Positions 21,349 through 34,153 are shown, numbered from the stretch's first letter. The stretch is 64,000 nt of DNA from Nitrospirota bacterium (GCA_963754875.1 CAVWHO010000020.1:32001-96000); one strand, 5' to 3'. Program-made: numbers and translations. The notes: generated by a model from the sequence alone, not told the origin.

Positions 21349-21848
21349 GAGACAGCAGACGTATGAAACGCATGGAGCGTAACAACAGGAAAGGCGATGT
21401 ACAGGCCTCGGTCTGAACCTGATACCGATGATGGATGTTCTTTCCGTGCTGGTGTTCTTTCTGCTTTTTCACTCATTCAACGGCGACCATGCCGGAACGC
21501 GCAGATCACGCTGCCCGATTCCGTCGTCGAGACCAAGCCGCGGGAAACCGTGGCGATCGTGGTCACCCCCGAAACGGTAATGGTCCAGGGCGAAGCCGTG
21601 GTCAGCACCGCCAACCTTTTCGATGACCGCATCGGACATCGTGTCATGAAGTAACAGAGCGGCTGGAACAGCTTCAACGCGCTTATCGATACGGCGCCAA
21701 CAGGGCCGACGGAAAGCAGGGAAATCACGCTCCTTGCCGATAAAACGATTCCGTTCAAGGTGCTTAAAAAAATAATGTCGACCTGCACGGCTTCTGGATA
21801 CGGAAGGATTTCCCTCGCCGTCATCCAGAAGGCCGAACGAAAAGATAG
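21345..21848 (+). CDS. ExbD/TolR family subunit 2 (AglS-like), several frameshifts; end approximate
   Basis: ATGA overlap; 'LNLIPMMDVLSVLVFFLL'; 'ADKTIPFKVLKKIMSTCTASGYGRISLAVIQK'. Confidence 0.75.
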
Positions 21849-21858
21849 CGGGGATGCT

Positions 21859-23235
21859 GTGAATACATCCATTGTTAGAACAGGAATTGGCGCAGCTGAA
21901 CGCGCAGATCGAGCAAACTCCGGCGAAAGCAAGGAGTGCTCGAAGGCGAGATGCGCGCCGTCGAGGCAGAGCTGGAAACGTTTTCCGCCGACACGGCAGC
22001 GGTTCGATGCCTTGCGGGACGTCTGCACCGCCCTCGACAAACTGGAGCGAACTGAAAGCGGATGAACTCTTTTGGGAAGGCATTGCGGAGGCCCAGCATG
22101 CCGCCGGACACCTGGAACAGGCGAGGAGACGGCTCGCCCGCTTCGAGGGGGAGATACGCGGAATCCTGGAAAAACAGGCAGCTCTCAAGGAGCAGATCAA
22201 CCGGAGCCTGCGATGAACTGAACTTCCTGAACGAAGAGATACGCGATGCGTACGCACGTGAGGAACGGCGCCAGGAGGAGTACGTCGTCGAGCGGGAGAT
22301 TTCGCCCGTTCCTGACCACGTCATGGTCATGCCGTGGTCCAGGGACGCGGAGAGCGAACAACGCTTCCGCCGGGCACTGCTGGTCGCTCTGTCATTCTGC
22401 CTCTTCTTCAGCGTGCTGGTCCGCCTTTGGATACTGCCCGCGCCGGTCCGCCCGGCCGTGGCCGTGGTTCCGGAACGCCTGGTCTCTATGCTGAGAAGAG
22501 AGCGGCCCAGGCCCGAGCCGCAGCGGCCCAAGGAAGAAAAGAAGCCGGACCAGGAAAAGGCGAAAGCGAAGGAAGATCGGCCCAAACCGACCGCCGCGGA
22601 AACGCAGGCCGCGCGTAAAAAAGCGGAGAGCACGGGGGTCCTCGCCTTCAAGGACGCCTTTAAAGATCTGATGAACGAAACACCCGTTGCGCAGCTCGGC
22701 GCCGAGGCGCGCCTGAGCAGGCAGTCGGCCGAGGCGGCGGGCCAGGCCCGGTCCAACCGGTCGATCATCGCCATGGAGTCAACGGGCGGCACCAACGGCA
22801 GCATCGCCAACGCGGCAGTCAGCCGCAACGTCGGCAGGGGCAGCGGCAATCGTCTCGGGGGTGTGGGCTTTACCAGGGTGGAAAGCAAGGTTGCGGGGCT
22901 GACGGAGCGGGCGAGACCGCTCAGTTCCGGACCCGGACCTGCCCGGACCGACGAAGAGATCCAGATCGTCTTCGACCGGTACAAGGCGACGCTCTACCGG
23001 ATCTACAATACCGAATTACGCAAGGACCCGACCCTGCGCGGCAAGATCATACTGCGCATCACCATCGAGCCGGACGGCGAAGTCTCCGCATGTACGGTGC
23101 AGTCGAACGATCTGGCTTCGCCGGAGTTGGTGGCGAAGATTGTGGAGCGAGTCAAGAAGTTCAACTTCGGACCGAAGGAGAAGGTTTCCAGGATCACCAT
23201 TCTGTATCCCGATCGATTTCCTGCCCGGAGGCTAG
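21859..23235 (+). CDS. Coiled coil, TM helix, charged linker and TonB-C/AgmX-PglI-type C-terminal domain protein (GltG-like); frameshifted
   Basis: C-terminal 'RTDEEIQIVFDRYKATLYRIYNTELRKDPTLRGKIILRITIEPDGEV...FNFG'. Removing one C near 23210 gives the end TILYPIDFLPGG*. Confidence 0.75.
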
Positions 23236-23416
23236 TGCCTGAGGCCGGAGACTGGAGCCGGTAGATTACGCTCAAATCACCTTCTGCAGGCAGGAGAAAA
23301 AACTGAGGATACTCGGAGAGGGGTGATCTGGAATAAGACCAAGTGAAGGACGACAGTATTCCTAAGAGTAGTAATACGATGCATTGCATGCATCGAAATC
23401 CATGGGAGGAATCGCT

Positions 23417-23974
23417 ATGAACAAGATGAACAGGAAGAGAGTATGGCAGTTAATGATTGTACTAGGTATTGGGATGCTCGCTTTATGGGGGTGTCCAAAG
23501 AAGGCCGAGGTTTCAGCTGTACCGGAAACACAAAGGGAAGAGGCGCCGGCTGTAGTGGCGGCTCAACCCGAGCAGAAGACGGAACCAGCGAAGGCCGAAG
23601 CAATAGAAACCAAGGAACAGGCAGCCGCTGCCCCGGTCAAGGGGCTGCAGTCCGTGTATTTCGATTTCGATCAATCTTCTATCCGTGGTGATGCGAGCGA
23701 GGCCCTGAAGGCGAATGCGGAATGGCTTAAAGCCCATCCGCAGTCTAACATCAAGATCGAGGGAAATTGCGACGAACGAGGGACAAAAGAATATAACCAG
23801 GCTCTCGGACAGCGGCGTGCGGCAAACGCCAAAAAATACCTTGCCAATTTGGGCATTTCCGAGCGTCGTATTTCGCTTGTCAGCTACGGAAAAGAAAAAC
23901 CGGGTTGTACCGAAAGTACAGAAAGCTGCTGGCAGATGAACAGAAGAGATGAATTTATCGTTATGTCCGAATAA
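23417..23974 (+). CDS. pal: Peptidoglycan-associated lipoprotein
   Basis: Lipobox LWGC; 'VYFDFDQS', 'IEGNCDERGTKEYNQALGQRRA', 'SYGKEKP', 'NRR'. Confidence 0.92.
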   Translation: MNKMNRKRVWQLMIVLGIGMLALWGCPKKAEVSAVPETQREEAPAVVAAQPEQKTEPAKAEAIETKEQAAAAPVKGLQSVYFDFDQSSIRGDASEALKANAEWLKAHPQSNIKIEGNCDERGTKEYNQALGQRRAANAKKYLANLGISERRISLVSYGKEKPGCTESTESCWQMNRRDEFIVMSE

Positions 23975-23993
23975 ATGTCCGGAATATTGAAGC

Positions 23994-24015
23994 TCCCCGG
24001 AGCAAGCTCCGGGGA
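23994..24015. repeat. Perfect 10-bp hairpin (REP-like or IS200/IS605-end-like palindrome)
   Basis: TCCCCGGAGC-AA-GCTCCGGGGA. Confidence 0.55.
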
Positions 24016-24152
24016 ATCATCGATTCATAAGTAGGAACATGTCGTATTCGCTCACTACGCTTACTCGGGGATTCAAGATACACCCGTCATCTGAGTGAGA
24101 AAGTTGAGCGCGCAGAGAAACAGTATAATAGCTGTTTATATAGTAATGCCAG

Positions 24153-24195
24153 GGTGCCGAGGGTTGCCATTCCCTCGGCACCTGCTTCTTTTATT
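24153..24195 (+). terminator. Intrinsic terminator
   Basis: Stem GGTGCCGAGGG...CCCTCGGCACC followed by TGCTTCTTTTATT. Confidence 0.6.
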
Positions 24196-24423
24196 CAACC
24201 GGTGCTTGGGTCCTGTCCCTTGAAAACCCTGACGATGTCCTGATATTACTCCGATCTTAATTTTCCTTATGCGTGAGATATGACGACGGATGGTAATTAA
24301 TTGGCGCAGTTGTAATCCTCTGTTGTCTTAAGCGGAGAAGAGTTTTTACTTACTCATACATATATAGGAACGTTTGCGGGGAGAAATGTTTTAAAAGTAA
24401 GCAATTGAATTATGAAAATATAT

Positions 24424-24448
24424 TGGGGGGAGAGCATGAGAATCGAAC
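24424..24448 (-). mobile_element. att-like site 1: degenerate 3' end of a tRNA-Sec-like gene
   Basis: TGGGGGGAGAGCATGAGAATCGAAC differs by 1 nt from the three-copy consensus. An IHF-like TATCCATGAGTTA follows at 24466-24478. Confidence 0.75.
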
Positions 24449-24671
24449 TTCTATTCCCCATAATTTATCCATGAGTTATAGGCCTATACGGCCGAGGCTC
24501 AGTCTCGTATTACCGCAAAATGAGTTAAAGCTATTCTGCTCAATACAATGTATTATGTCTCTATCCCCGGGAGAAGCGTAGATTCAGAAGGTTCCGAATT
24601 CACCCCTCTCTTCGAGAAGTTTCAAGGACAGACATCGTCGGAAACGATATTGATACGAGGAGGAAACAGTA

Positions 24672-25076
24672 ATGGTGGAAAAGAATGCAGCAGGAAAAAA
24701 CATTGCGTCCTATTGTGGGAAGTGCAAAGTGAGTCGCGACCATACGATCATGACGATGGTTGGAGAAGCGGTCGATAAGGTGAGATGCCAGGACTGCGGC
24801 AGTATGCATAAGTACAGTGACCCGCTTGTTGTTCAAAAAGTCCGGAAGCCGAGAGCGAAAAAAAGCGTTGAAGAAACAGCGGAGATTGTCTGGCAGGCCG
24901 GTCTTGCAGAGGCAAAAGGAAAAGAGCGCGATTACAGCATGGCCTCGAAATATTGCATAGGCGACATTGTCAATCACCAAAAGTTCGGCAAGGGCGTTGT
25001 AATGAAGCTCTATGCCAATAAATGCGATATGCTGTTTAAGGACAGGGAACGGCTGATGGTCTCGACCAATGAATAA
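24672..25076 (+). CDS. Hypothetical protein: Zn-ribbon (CGKC...CQDC) plus C-terminal SH3/Tudor-like segment
   Basis: Two CxxC motifs; 'IGDIVNHQKFGKGVV'; GAGGAGG RBS. Confidence 0.7.
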   Translation: MVEKNAAGKNIASYCGKCKVSRDHTIMTMVGEAVDKVRCQDCGSMHKYSDPLVVQKVRKPRAKKSVEETAEIVWQAGLAEAKGKERDYSMASKYCIGDIVNHQKFGKGVVMKLYANKCDMLFKDRERLMVSTNE

Positions 25077-25397
25077 ACGGACCTCTCACTTATCTACGTA
25101 AATCAGAGGGTCTTTTCTTGATGCCTTGACGTGTCCAAATTTTCATCTCTTCACTCCTGCCCTTGTTGTCGTTTTTCAGCGTACCTCTCTGCATGCTGGC
25201 ATTTGCTCTTATAACGGCCTGATAATCAGTCCTGATATACTACTACTAACCCGGACAAGCCGGAATAAAGAGTCATTAATCACAGTCCCGCGCAGACGCG
25301 GGAACACGGAGAAAAAGCAAGCACTTGTTTTATCTGTGTGTATTGACAAAGTCAAGACCCGTGGTTTCAAAGGTTTGTATCTTAAGGAGCGTATTCA

Positions 25398-28300
25398 TTG
25401 AAGTTGAGCAACAAGACCATCCTCGGGAACCTGCCTACTGTGCTGGCGCGTCTACAAGGAAACGATCTGAAAACAAAGTGCGCCGTCTACGAGCCGCCGC
25501 TGCGATCGGAATTGTTCAGCAGCGACCAGATGGAGCAGCATGGCAAGACCCTGGCGGGTCTGCACAAGCTCTCCCCTGGGCATGCTCCTGATCGGCTTTT
25601 GGCGCGGTTGGCTGAGAATGAAGCCATCCTGACCGGGACCCGCGGTCTGCTGGTAGAGGCCGTCGAGACGGACAGCAGGATTACGCCGGCGGCTGAATGG
25701 CTGCTCGATAACTTCTATCTGATAGAAGAACAGATCCGCGCGGCAAGGAGACACTTGCCGAAGGGTTACAGCCGGGAGCTGCCCCGCCTGCAAGGTGGAC
25801 CATCTGCCGGGCTTCCGCGCGTGTATGACATCGCCCTGGAGACGATCTCGCACGGCGACGGGCGGGTGGACCCGGAAAGTCTCAGCAGTTTTCTTGCGGC
25901 CTACCAGACAGTCACCGTCCTGAAGCTTGGGGAATTGTGGGCAATCCCGATCATGCTGCGCCTGGCGTTGATCGAGAATCTCCGGCGCGTCGGCGCCCGG
26001 ATCGCTATTGACAGGATGGACCGGGACCTGGCCGGCTATTGGGCGGACCGGATCACCGAGATTGCTGCTCAGGACCCGAAGAGCCTGATCCTGGTCATTG
26101 CGGACATGGCACGCTCAAACCCGCCGCTCAAGAGCGCGTTTGTTGCGGAATTTGCCCGCAGGCTTCAAGGACAGGGTCCTGCCCTGGCAATGCCGCTCAC
26201 CTGGATCGAGCAGCACCTATCCGAGTGCAGCATGACGATCGATCAGATGGTTCAGTCGGAGAACCAGCAGCAAGCGGCTGATCAGGTGTCGATGAGCAAC
26301 AGCATCGGCAGCCTTCGTTTTCTGGCTGTGATGGACTGGCGCGAGTTCGTCGAGACGATGAGCGTTGTCGAGCAGACCTTGCATGGAGACCCTCGCGGCA
26401 CCTACGGCAAAATGGATTTCTCTACTCGTGACCGCTACCGTCACGTGGTGGAAAAGATTGCTCGGAGCGGCCGGCTGTCGGAAAGGGAGGTGGCAGTCAA
26501 AGCAATAAGGCTTGCGCGCGAGAGCACAGCCCATGGAGACGACTCTCAAGGTAAAGACGAGCGCACGGCCCATGTAGGCTACTACCTCATAGACAAGGGA
26601 CTGACGCAGCTTGAACGCCTGGCAGGTGCCCGCACATCTGTCACCGAGTCCCTTCGAAAGGCGAGCAGCCGGTTTCCTTTGTTCCTTTATCTGGGCGCGA
26701 TTATTCTGTTCACGACTATTTTTTTCTACGGCTTGGTGGCAAAGGCTCATGGTTCCGACTTGGAACCCTGGCTCCTTCTGGTAACGGGTATCCTTTCATT
26801 GATCTGCGCGAGTCATCTGGCAATTGCCGTGGTGAACTGGCTTGCTACCTTGCTCGTAGCGCCTCATTCGCTGCCGAGAATGGACTTCTCAAAGGGCATT
26901 CCGCCTGAATCGCGGACCCTGGCCATCGTCCCTACCATGCTTACCAGCACCCAAGGGATCGAAGACCTGATCGAGGCGTTGGAAGTGAGGTTCCTGGCAA
27001 ATCGTGACAATAACCTGCACTTCGGACTGCTGACTGATTTTCAGGACGCGGCAGAGGAAATGCTGTTGTCGGACGAACCGCTGTTACTTCTCGTCCGAGA
27101 GAAAATCGAAGAGCTGAATGAAAAGTATGGGGATGCAAACAGCGACAGGTTCTTCCTCTTTCACCGCCCGCGCCGATGGAACCCCAACGAGTGCGTCTGG
27201 ATGGGTTACGAGCGTAAGCGGGGAAAACTTGCAGAATTGAATTTTTTCTTGCGCAGCATAACAGATACTGATGAGATCATAAATACTCCCCCCTCACCCT
27301 CGCCCTCTCCCGCGAGGGGAGAGGGTTGTACTATTTCCCCTCCCTTGATGGGAGGGGATAAAGGGGAGGGTGTTGGTATCTCCGCGAATGGCTTCTCCCT
27401 CGTCGTGGGCAATATTGCTGCGTTGTCGAACGTACAGTACGTGATCACTCTTGACACGGATACCCAACTGCCGCGCGATTCGGCAAGGCAGCTTGTGGGA
27501 GCAATGGCGCATCCACTGAACCGTGCGCTTTACGACGAAAGCCAACAGCGCGTTGTTGCCGGGTACGGCATCCTTCAGCCGCGGGTTGCCGTAAGCCTGC
27601 CGGGAACAAACCGGTCGCGGTATGCCCGCATGGAGGGGAGCAATCCGGGCATCGATCCTTATACGCGCGCTGTCTCCGATGTCTACCAGGACCTTTTCCA
27701 TGAGGGTTCCTTTATCGGGAAGGGGATCTACGAAGTCGACGCCTTCGAGCGGGCGCTCTGCGGACAATTTCCGGAGAACCGGATCCTGAGCCACGATCTT
27801 ATCGAAGGGTGTTACGCCCGGGCCGGACTGTTGAGTGACGTCATGGTGTATGAGGAATATCCTTCCCGCTACAGCGCGGACGTGAGCCGCCGGCACCGGT
27901 GGATCCGCGGGGATTGGCAGCTTCTGCCGTGGCTGCGGCCGAATATCCCTGGTTCCGGGCCCGGTCTTGCAAAACAACGCCAAAAGAACCCCCTCTCGCT
28001 CCTGTCCCAGTGGAAGCTCTTCGACAACCTTCGGCGCAGTCTCGTGCCGTCGGCATTGACGGTCCTTTTCGTGCTCGGTTGGACGGTTTTATCATCGGCA
28101 TGGTTCTGGACCCTGTCGATACTCGGGATTATTCTGATACCTTCTTTGATCTCTTCTCTCCTCGATCTGCTTCGAAAACCAGAGGATGTGCTTCTTGGGC
28201 AGCATCTCGCTGCTACGGGGCGAGCTATCGGCAGGCGCTTTGCTCGGGATGTGTTTACGCTTGTGTGCCTTCCCTACGAGGCTTTTTTCAGTCTCGATGC

Positions 28301-31300
28301 CATTGTGCGTACTAATTGGAGAATGGTCGTTTTGCACAAGCGGCTTCTCGAATGGAGTCCGTCAGGCGACCCGGATAGAAAGAGCCAAACGGGCCTCGCC
28401 GGTGTTTGTCGGACGATGTGGTTCGCCCCCTTTCTTGCAGTCGCAATGGTGATCTATCTGGCCTTGTCGAATTTTGCTGCATGGGGAGCTGCGGGGCCTC
28501 TCCTGGCGCTCTGGTTTGCATCACCCCTCATCGCGTGGTGGATCAGCCGGCCTCTTGTCTTGCATAAAGCAAGATTGACAGACGACCAGACCCTTTTTCT
28601 CCGGAAGCTTTCGCGAAAAACCTGGGCCTTCTTCGAGACCTTTGTGGGCCCGGGGGACCATTGGCTGCCGCCTGATAACTATCAGGAGAATCCTGTCCCT
28701 GTTGTCGCGCATCGCACGTCGCCCACGAACATGGGGCTTGCGCTCCTGGCAAATTTGTCCGCCTTTGACTTCGGCTACATTGGGGCGGGGCAGTTCATCG
28801 AACGCACGACGAAGGCTCTTTCTACGATGGAAGCGTTGGCTCGATACCGGGGCCACTTCTACAACTGGTACGACACGCAGTCTCTGAAGCCGCTGTCGCC
28901 CAAGTACGTATCTACGGTGGACAGCGGCAACCTTGCGGCCCATCTGCTGACCTTGCGGCAGGGGCTTTTGGCACTGCCTGATCAGACGATCGTCCCTGCG
29001 AGATTGTGTGACGGGCTCTCCGACACTCTGGAGATTCTCGTGGAAGCCCTGGAAGCTGAAGAACCGCCTGGCGACTCGACGAAGCTCGTTGAAGTCCTTG
29101 CTCGACTTCGGAAGGACCTGAATTCCTCGTACTCATCCCAGCCAAGTACGCTCGCTGCTGCGCGACTCTGCCTTGAGAGCCTAACAACGTCCGCAGACGA
29201 GCTGCTTTCCCGGATCGATAATTCCAATATCCTTCTGGAGAACCAGGCAGCATGGTGGGCGCGCGCCTTTGCCGCACAATGCAGGGCCGCGCAAAACGAA
29301 CTGACCCTCCTCGTCCCCATGTCCGATCTCAGCAGCGATGAGATCCCGACGTTGCGCGATCTGGCTCATAGAGGAAACGATAGTGCCGCAGAGAGGATTC
29401 TTGCTGTCGAACGGCTTGCAGTGCAGTGCGGTGAATTGAGCCGCATGGAGTACGAGTTCCTGTTCGACAAGGCGAGTCATTTGCTGTCCATCGGGTACAA
29501 CGTCGACGGCCGCAGGCGGGATACGGGTTACTACGATCTGCTGGCTTCGGAAGCGAGACTCTGCAGTTTCGTAGGGATTTCCCAAGGACAATTACCGCAG
29601 GAGAGCTGGTTTGCCCTTGGCCGCCTGCTCACGAACGCGGGCGGAGAGCCGATCCTCGTTTCCTGGAGCGGTTCGATGTTCGAATACCTCATGCCGCTCC
29701 TGGTGATGCCGACGTATGAACGCACGCTGCTCGACGAGACCTGCAAGGCGGCGGTGGCCAGACAGATCGAGTACGGGAGGGAGCGCGGTGTGGCTTGGGG
29801 CATTTCGGAGTCCGGCTACAACACGATCGACGCTCATCTCAATTACCAGTACCGCGCCTTCGGCGTACCCGGCCTTGGACTCAAACGCGGGCTCGCCGAC
29901 GATCTGGTCATCGCTCCCTATGCCTCAATGCTTGCGCTCATGGTGGCGCCCGAGGCAGCCTGCCTGAATCTGCAGCGACTCGCTGCGGAAGGAAGTGAGG
30001 GCAAATTCGGGTTCTATGAAGCGATCGACCACACGCCTTCCCGTCTGCAGCGCGGCCAATCGAGCAACCTGGTCCGGTCCTTCATGGCGCATCATGTAGG
30101 CATGAGCTTTCTCTCCCTGGCCCATCTGCTCCTGGACCGTCCCATGCAGAAACGCTTCGAGTCGGACCCCTTGTTCCAGGCAACCATGCTTCTCCTCCAG
30201 GAGCGCGTGCCGAGGGCCACGGCGTTCTATTCGCAGATTGCCGATCGTTCCGATTCCTATGCGGCTTCCTCCGGCATGGAGGCGTCGTTGCGCGTCTTCA
30301 CCAGCCCGGACACGTTGTCTCCGCAGGTGCAGTTGCTGTCGAACGGCAGATACCATGTGATGATCACAAACGCGGGGGGCGGGTACAGCCGCTGGAAGGA
30401 CATCGCGGTCACTCGCTGGCAAGAAGACACGACCCGCGACGATTGGGGAGCGTTCTGTTACATCCGCGACGCGGAAAGCGGGGAGTTCTGGTCAACAGCA
30501 CATCAGCCTGCGCTCAAACGCTCGAAGAATTATGAAGCAATTTTCTCGGAAGGCCGCGCTGAGTTTCGCCGCCGGGACTATGACTTTGACACCCATACCG
30601 AGATTGCTGTTTCTCCGGAAGACGATATCGAGCTGCGGCGGATCACGATCACCAACCGCAGCCGGACACGTCGAGAGATCGAGGTCACGAGTTACGCTGA
30701 GGTCGTGCTTGCGCCGCCTGCCTCGGACGCGCTGCATCCGGCGTTCAGCAATCTTTTTGTTCAGACGGAAATCATCGAGCAAAGGCAGGCGATCCTCTGC
30801 ACCCGCCGCCCCCGCTCCCAGGACGAGCACGCGCCATGGATGTTCCATCTGATGGCCGTGCACGGTGCGGAAATCGGCCAGGTTTCCTATGAGACCGATC
30901 GCCTGCAGTTCATCGGTCGAGGAAGGACCGTTGTCGACCCGCGGGCAATGGACAGGCCAGGAGCGCTCACGGACAGCCAGGGCTCGGTGCTCGATCCGAT
31001 CGTCGCTATCCGGTATCGGATCACCCTTGATCCGGAGAAATCGGCAACCATCAATATCGTCACCGGCATCGGCGAAACCCGGGACGTCTGTATGGGCCTT
31101 GTTGAGAAATATCAGGACCGGCGGCTTGCGGACCGCGTTTTCGACCTGGCCTGGACCCACAGCCAGGTGCTCCTTCGCCAGATCAATGCCACAGAAGCCG
31201 ATGCCCAGCTTTATGGACGCCTTGCCGGCTCTGTTCTCTATGCCAATTCTTCTCTGCGGGCCGACCCGGGCATCCTCCTGAAGAACCGCCGCGGTCAGTC

Positions 31301-34153
31301 CGGTCTCTGGGGCTACTCCATTTCCGGAGATCTCCCGATCGTGCTCTTGCGGATCGAAGATCCGGCAAATATCGAGCTGGTGCGCCAGCTCGTACAGGCC
31401 CACGCGTACTGGCGTCTCAAGGGTCTGGCAGTAGACCTCGTGATCTGGAATGAAGATCACGCCGGTTACCGGCAGCTTTTGCAGGAACAGATCATGGGGC
31501 TCATTGCCGCAGGCGTTGAAGCGAACGTGGTGGAGCGACCGGGCGGCATCTTCGTAAGACCAATGGACCAGATATCGACCGAGGACCGTATCCTGCTTCA
31601 AACAGTGGCCCGCGCCGTGATCACCGACAGCCTGGGCACGCTTGCGGACCAGGTAGACCGCCGCGCTCTTCCGGCCGCGCCGGCGCCGCGCCTCGTACCA
31701 ACGGGTCGCCACAGGCCTGAATCCGGAGGCGCCGCAATAACAGCCCGCAACGACCTGCTGTTCTTTAACGGTATCGGTGGATTCACGCCTGACGGCCGCG
31801 AGTACATCATTACGACCACGCAGGGGCAGAGTACTCCGGCGCCCTGGGTAAACGTGATGGCAAACCCGCATTTCGGGACAGTTATCTCGGAGAGCGGAGC
31901 TGCTTACACATGGAGAGAAAATGCTCACGAGTTCCGCCTCACTCCCTGGAACAATGATCCGGTAAGCGATTCCAGTGGAGAAGCTTTTTATCTCCGCGAT
32001 GAAGAGAGCGGCCATTTCTGGTCCCCCTTGCCGCTGCCTGGCTGCGGGGCGATGCATTACGTGAGCCGCCATGGATTCGGTTACAGTGTCTTTGAACACA
32101 TGGAGGACGGGATCAGCTCGGAGGTCTGGGTTTACGTTGCAACTGATGCATCGATCAAATTTACGGCACTGAAGGTGAAAAACAGATCGGGCCGCCGGCG
32201 ACGGATCTCAGCCTTCGGGTACGTGGAATGGGTGCTCGGAGATTTGCGGCCGAAAACATCGATGCATGTGATCACCGAAATCGACCCTAAAACAGGCGCG
32301 ATCTTCGCGCGGAACCCTTATAACTCGGAGTTTGCTGACCGGACCGCGTTCTTTGATGCGGGCGAGGCGACCCGGACCGTGACCGGCGACCGGACCGAGT
32401 TCCTCGGCCGCAACGGCGTACTTCGGAGCCCGGCTGCGATGACCCGTAGCCGGCTTTCCGGAAGGGTGGGGGCTGGTCTGGACCCCTGCGCCGCTATCCA
32501 GGTCCCCTTCGATCTGGCGGACGGGCAGGAGCGGGAGATTATCTTCAGGCTCGGGGCAGGGAGAAACACCGAGGACGCAGGTAACCTGGTGCGGCGCTTC
32601 CGGGGGGCCGTTGCCGGCCGCGGGGCGCTTGAAAAGGTCTGGGAGTACTGGAACCACACCCTCGGCGCAGTGCAGGTGGAAACGCCCGACCAGTCCGTCA
32701 ACATGCTGGCCAACGGCTGGCTCCTCTACCAGACCCTGGCATGCCGACTTTGGGCGCGGTCCGGATACTACCAGTCCGGCGGAGCATTCGGTTTCCGCGA
32801 CCAGTTGCAGGACGTGATGGCGCTCGTCCATTCCGAACCGCGGCTCGTACGAGAGCACCTTCTCCTCTGCGCGGCCCATCAGTTCAGGGAGGGAGATGTC
32901 CAGCACTGGTGGCATCCCCCGACAGGACGGGGTGTGCGTACACGCTGCTCCGATGATTTTCTCTGGCTGCCCCTGGCCGCGTGCCGCTACGTTCTCTTAA
33001 CCGGAGACACGGGGGTGCTGGATGAAACCGTCCGTTTCATCGACGGCCGGCCGCTCAACCCGGACGAGGACTCCTATTACGATCTTCCTCATGCGTCTGA
33101 AGAAACAGCAAGTTTGTACGATCATTGTGTGCGGGCCATTCTGAAGGGCCTTACCCGCGGCGAGCACGGTCTGCCGCTCATCGGCTCCGGTGATTGGAAC
33201 GACGGCATGAACCTGGTTGGCAGGCTTGGCAAGGGTGAAAGCGTCTGGCTTGGATTTTTCCTGTATGAAGTGCTTGTGCGTTTTTCGGAGATTGCGCGGC
33301 TCCATGGCGATCCGTCGCTCGTTGAACGCTGCCAGGAGGAAGCTGCCCGTTTGCGCGGGGATATCGAGGGAAATGGCTGGGACGGCGAGTGGTACAGGCG
33401 TGCTTTTTTTGACGACGGTTCTCCTCTGGGTTCTGCAACCAATCCTGAATGCCGCATCGATTCCATTGCGCAAAGCTGGTCCGTTCTCTCGGGCGCCGGA
33501 GATCATGAACGCTCCCTCACTGCAATGGAATCAGTGAACAAGCTGCTTGTTCGACGGGACCACAACCTGATCCAGCTCCTTGCCCCGCCGTTCGACAAAT
33601 CGGATCTGAATCCGGGCTATATCAAGGGCTACGTTCCCGGTGTAAGGGAGAACGGCGGGCAGTACACCCACGCGGCAATCTGGACTGCCATGGCCTTTGC
33701 CGCACGGGGCGACAGCAACCGGGCGTGGGAACTGCTCAAAATGATCAACCCGATAAACCATGCGAGAACGCCGCGAGAGGTCGCGATCTACAAGGGCGAG
33801 CCGTACGTTGTCGCCGCCGACGTGTATGCGGCCCCTCCTCACATCGGACAAGGCGGATGGACCTGGTACACGGGATCGGCCGGGTGGATGTACCGGCTGA
33901 TCGTGGAGTCGCTCCTGGGGCTGCAGCTTGAAACAGACAGCCTGCGCTTCGAACCGTGCCTGCCCAAGGAGTGGGATTCGTTCAAGGTGCACTACGGTAC
34001 CGGGAAACCATCTACCATATCACTATCCGACAATTGCGCGACAACAGCGAGGCAAGCGTGACCGTCGACGGCGTTATGCAGAGCAAGAAGACTATTCCCC
34101 TTGTTGACGACCGTCAGGAGCATGAGGTAGAGGTGAGAATTGCAGCGAAGTGA
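25398..34153 (+). CDS. ndvB: Cyclic beta-1,2-glucan synthase (Cgs/NdvB/ChvB family, with C-terminal GH94 phosphorylase domain); frameshift near 33992
   Basis: 'WMGYERKRGKL', 'YVITLDTDT', 'LSHDLIEG', 'RRHRWIRGDWQ', 'YYDLLASEARL', 'SGYYQSGGAFGFRDQLQD', 'GDWNDG', 'GVRENGGQYTH', 'GWTWYTGSAGW'. The tail YRETIYHI... lies in ORF 33956..34153. Confidence 0.92.
27288..27372. repeat. Palindromic REP/MITE-like double hairpin inserted in frame within the glucan synthase
   Basis: CCCTCTCCC/GGGAGAGGG (27303-27325) and TCCCCTCCC/GGGAGGGGA (27336-27358), enclosed by CACCCTC/GAGGGTG; encodes PPSPSPSPARGEG...SPPLMGGDKGEG. Confidence 0.8.

Noticed and set aside
20179..23974. Canonical tol-pal operon
   Set aside because: There are two ExbD paralogs, TPR partners and no tolB, so the layout fits the Agl-Glt core better.
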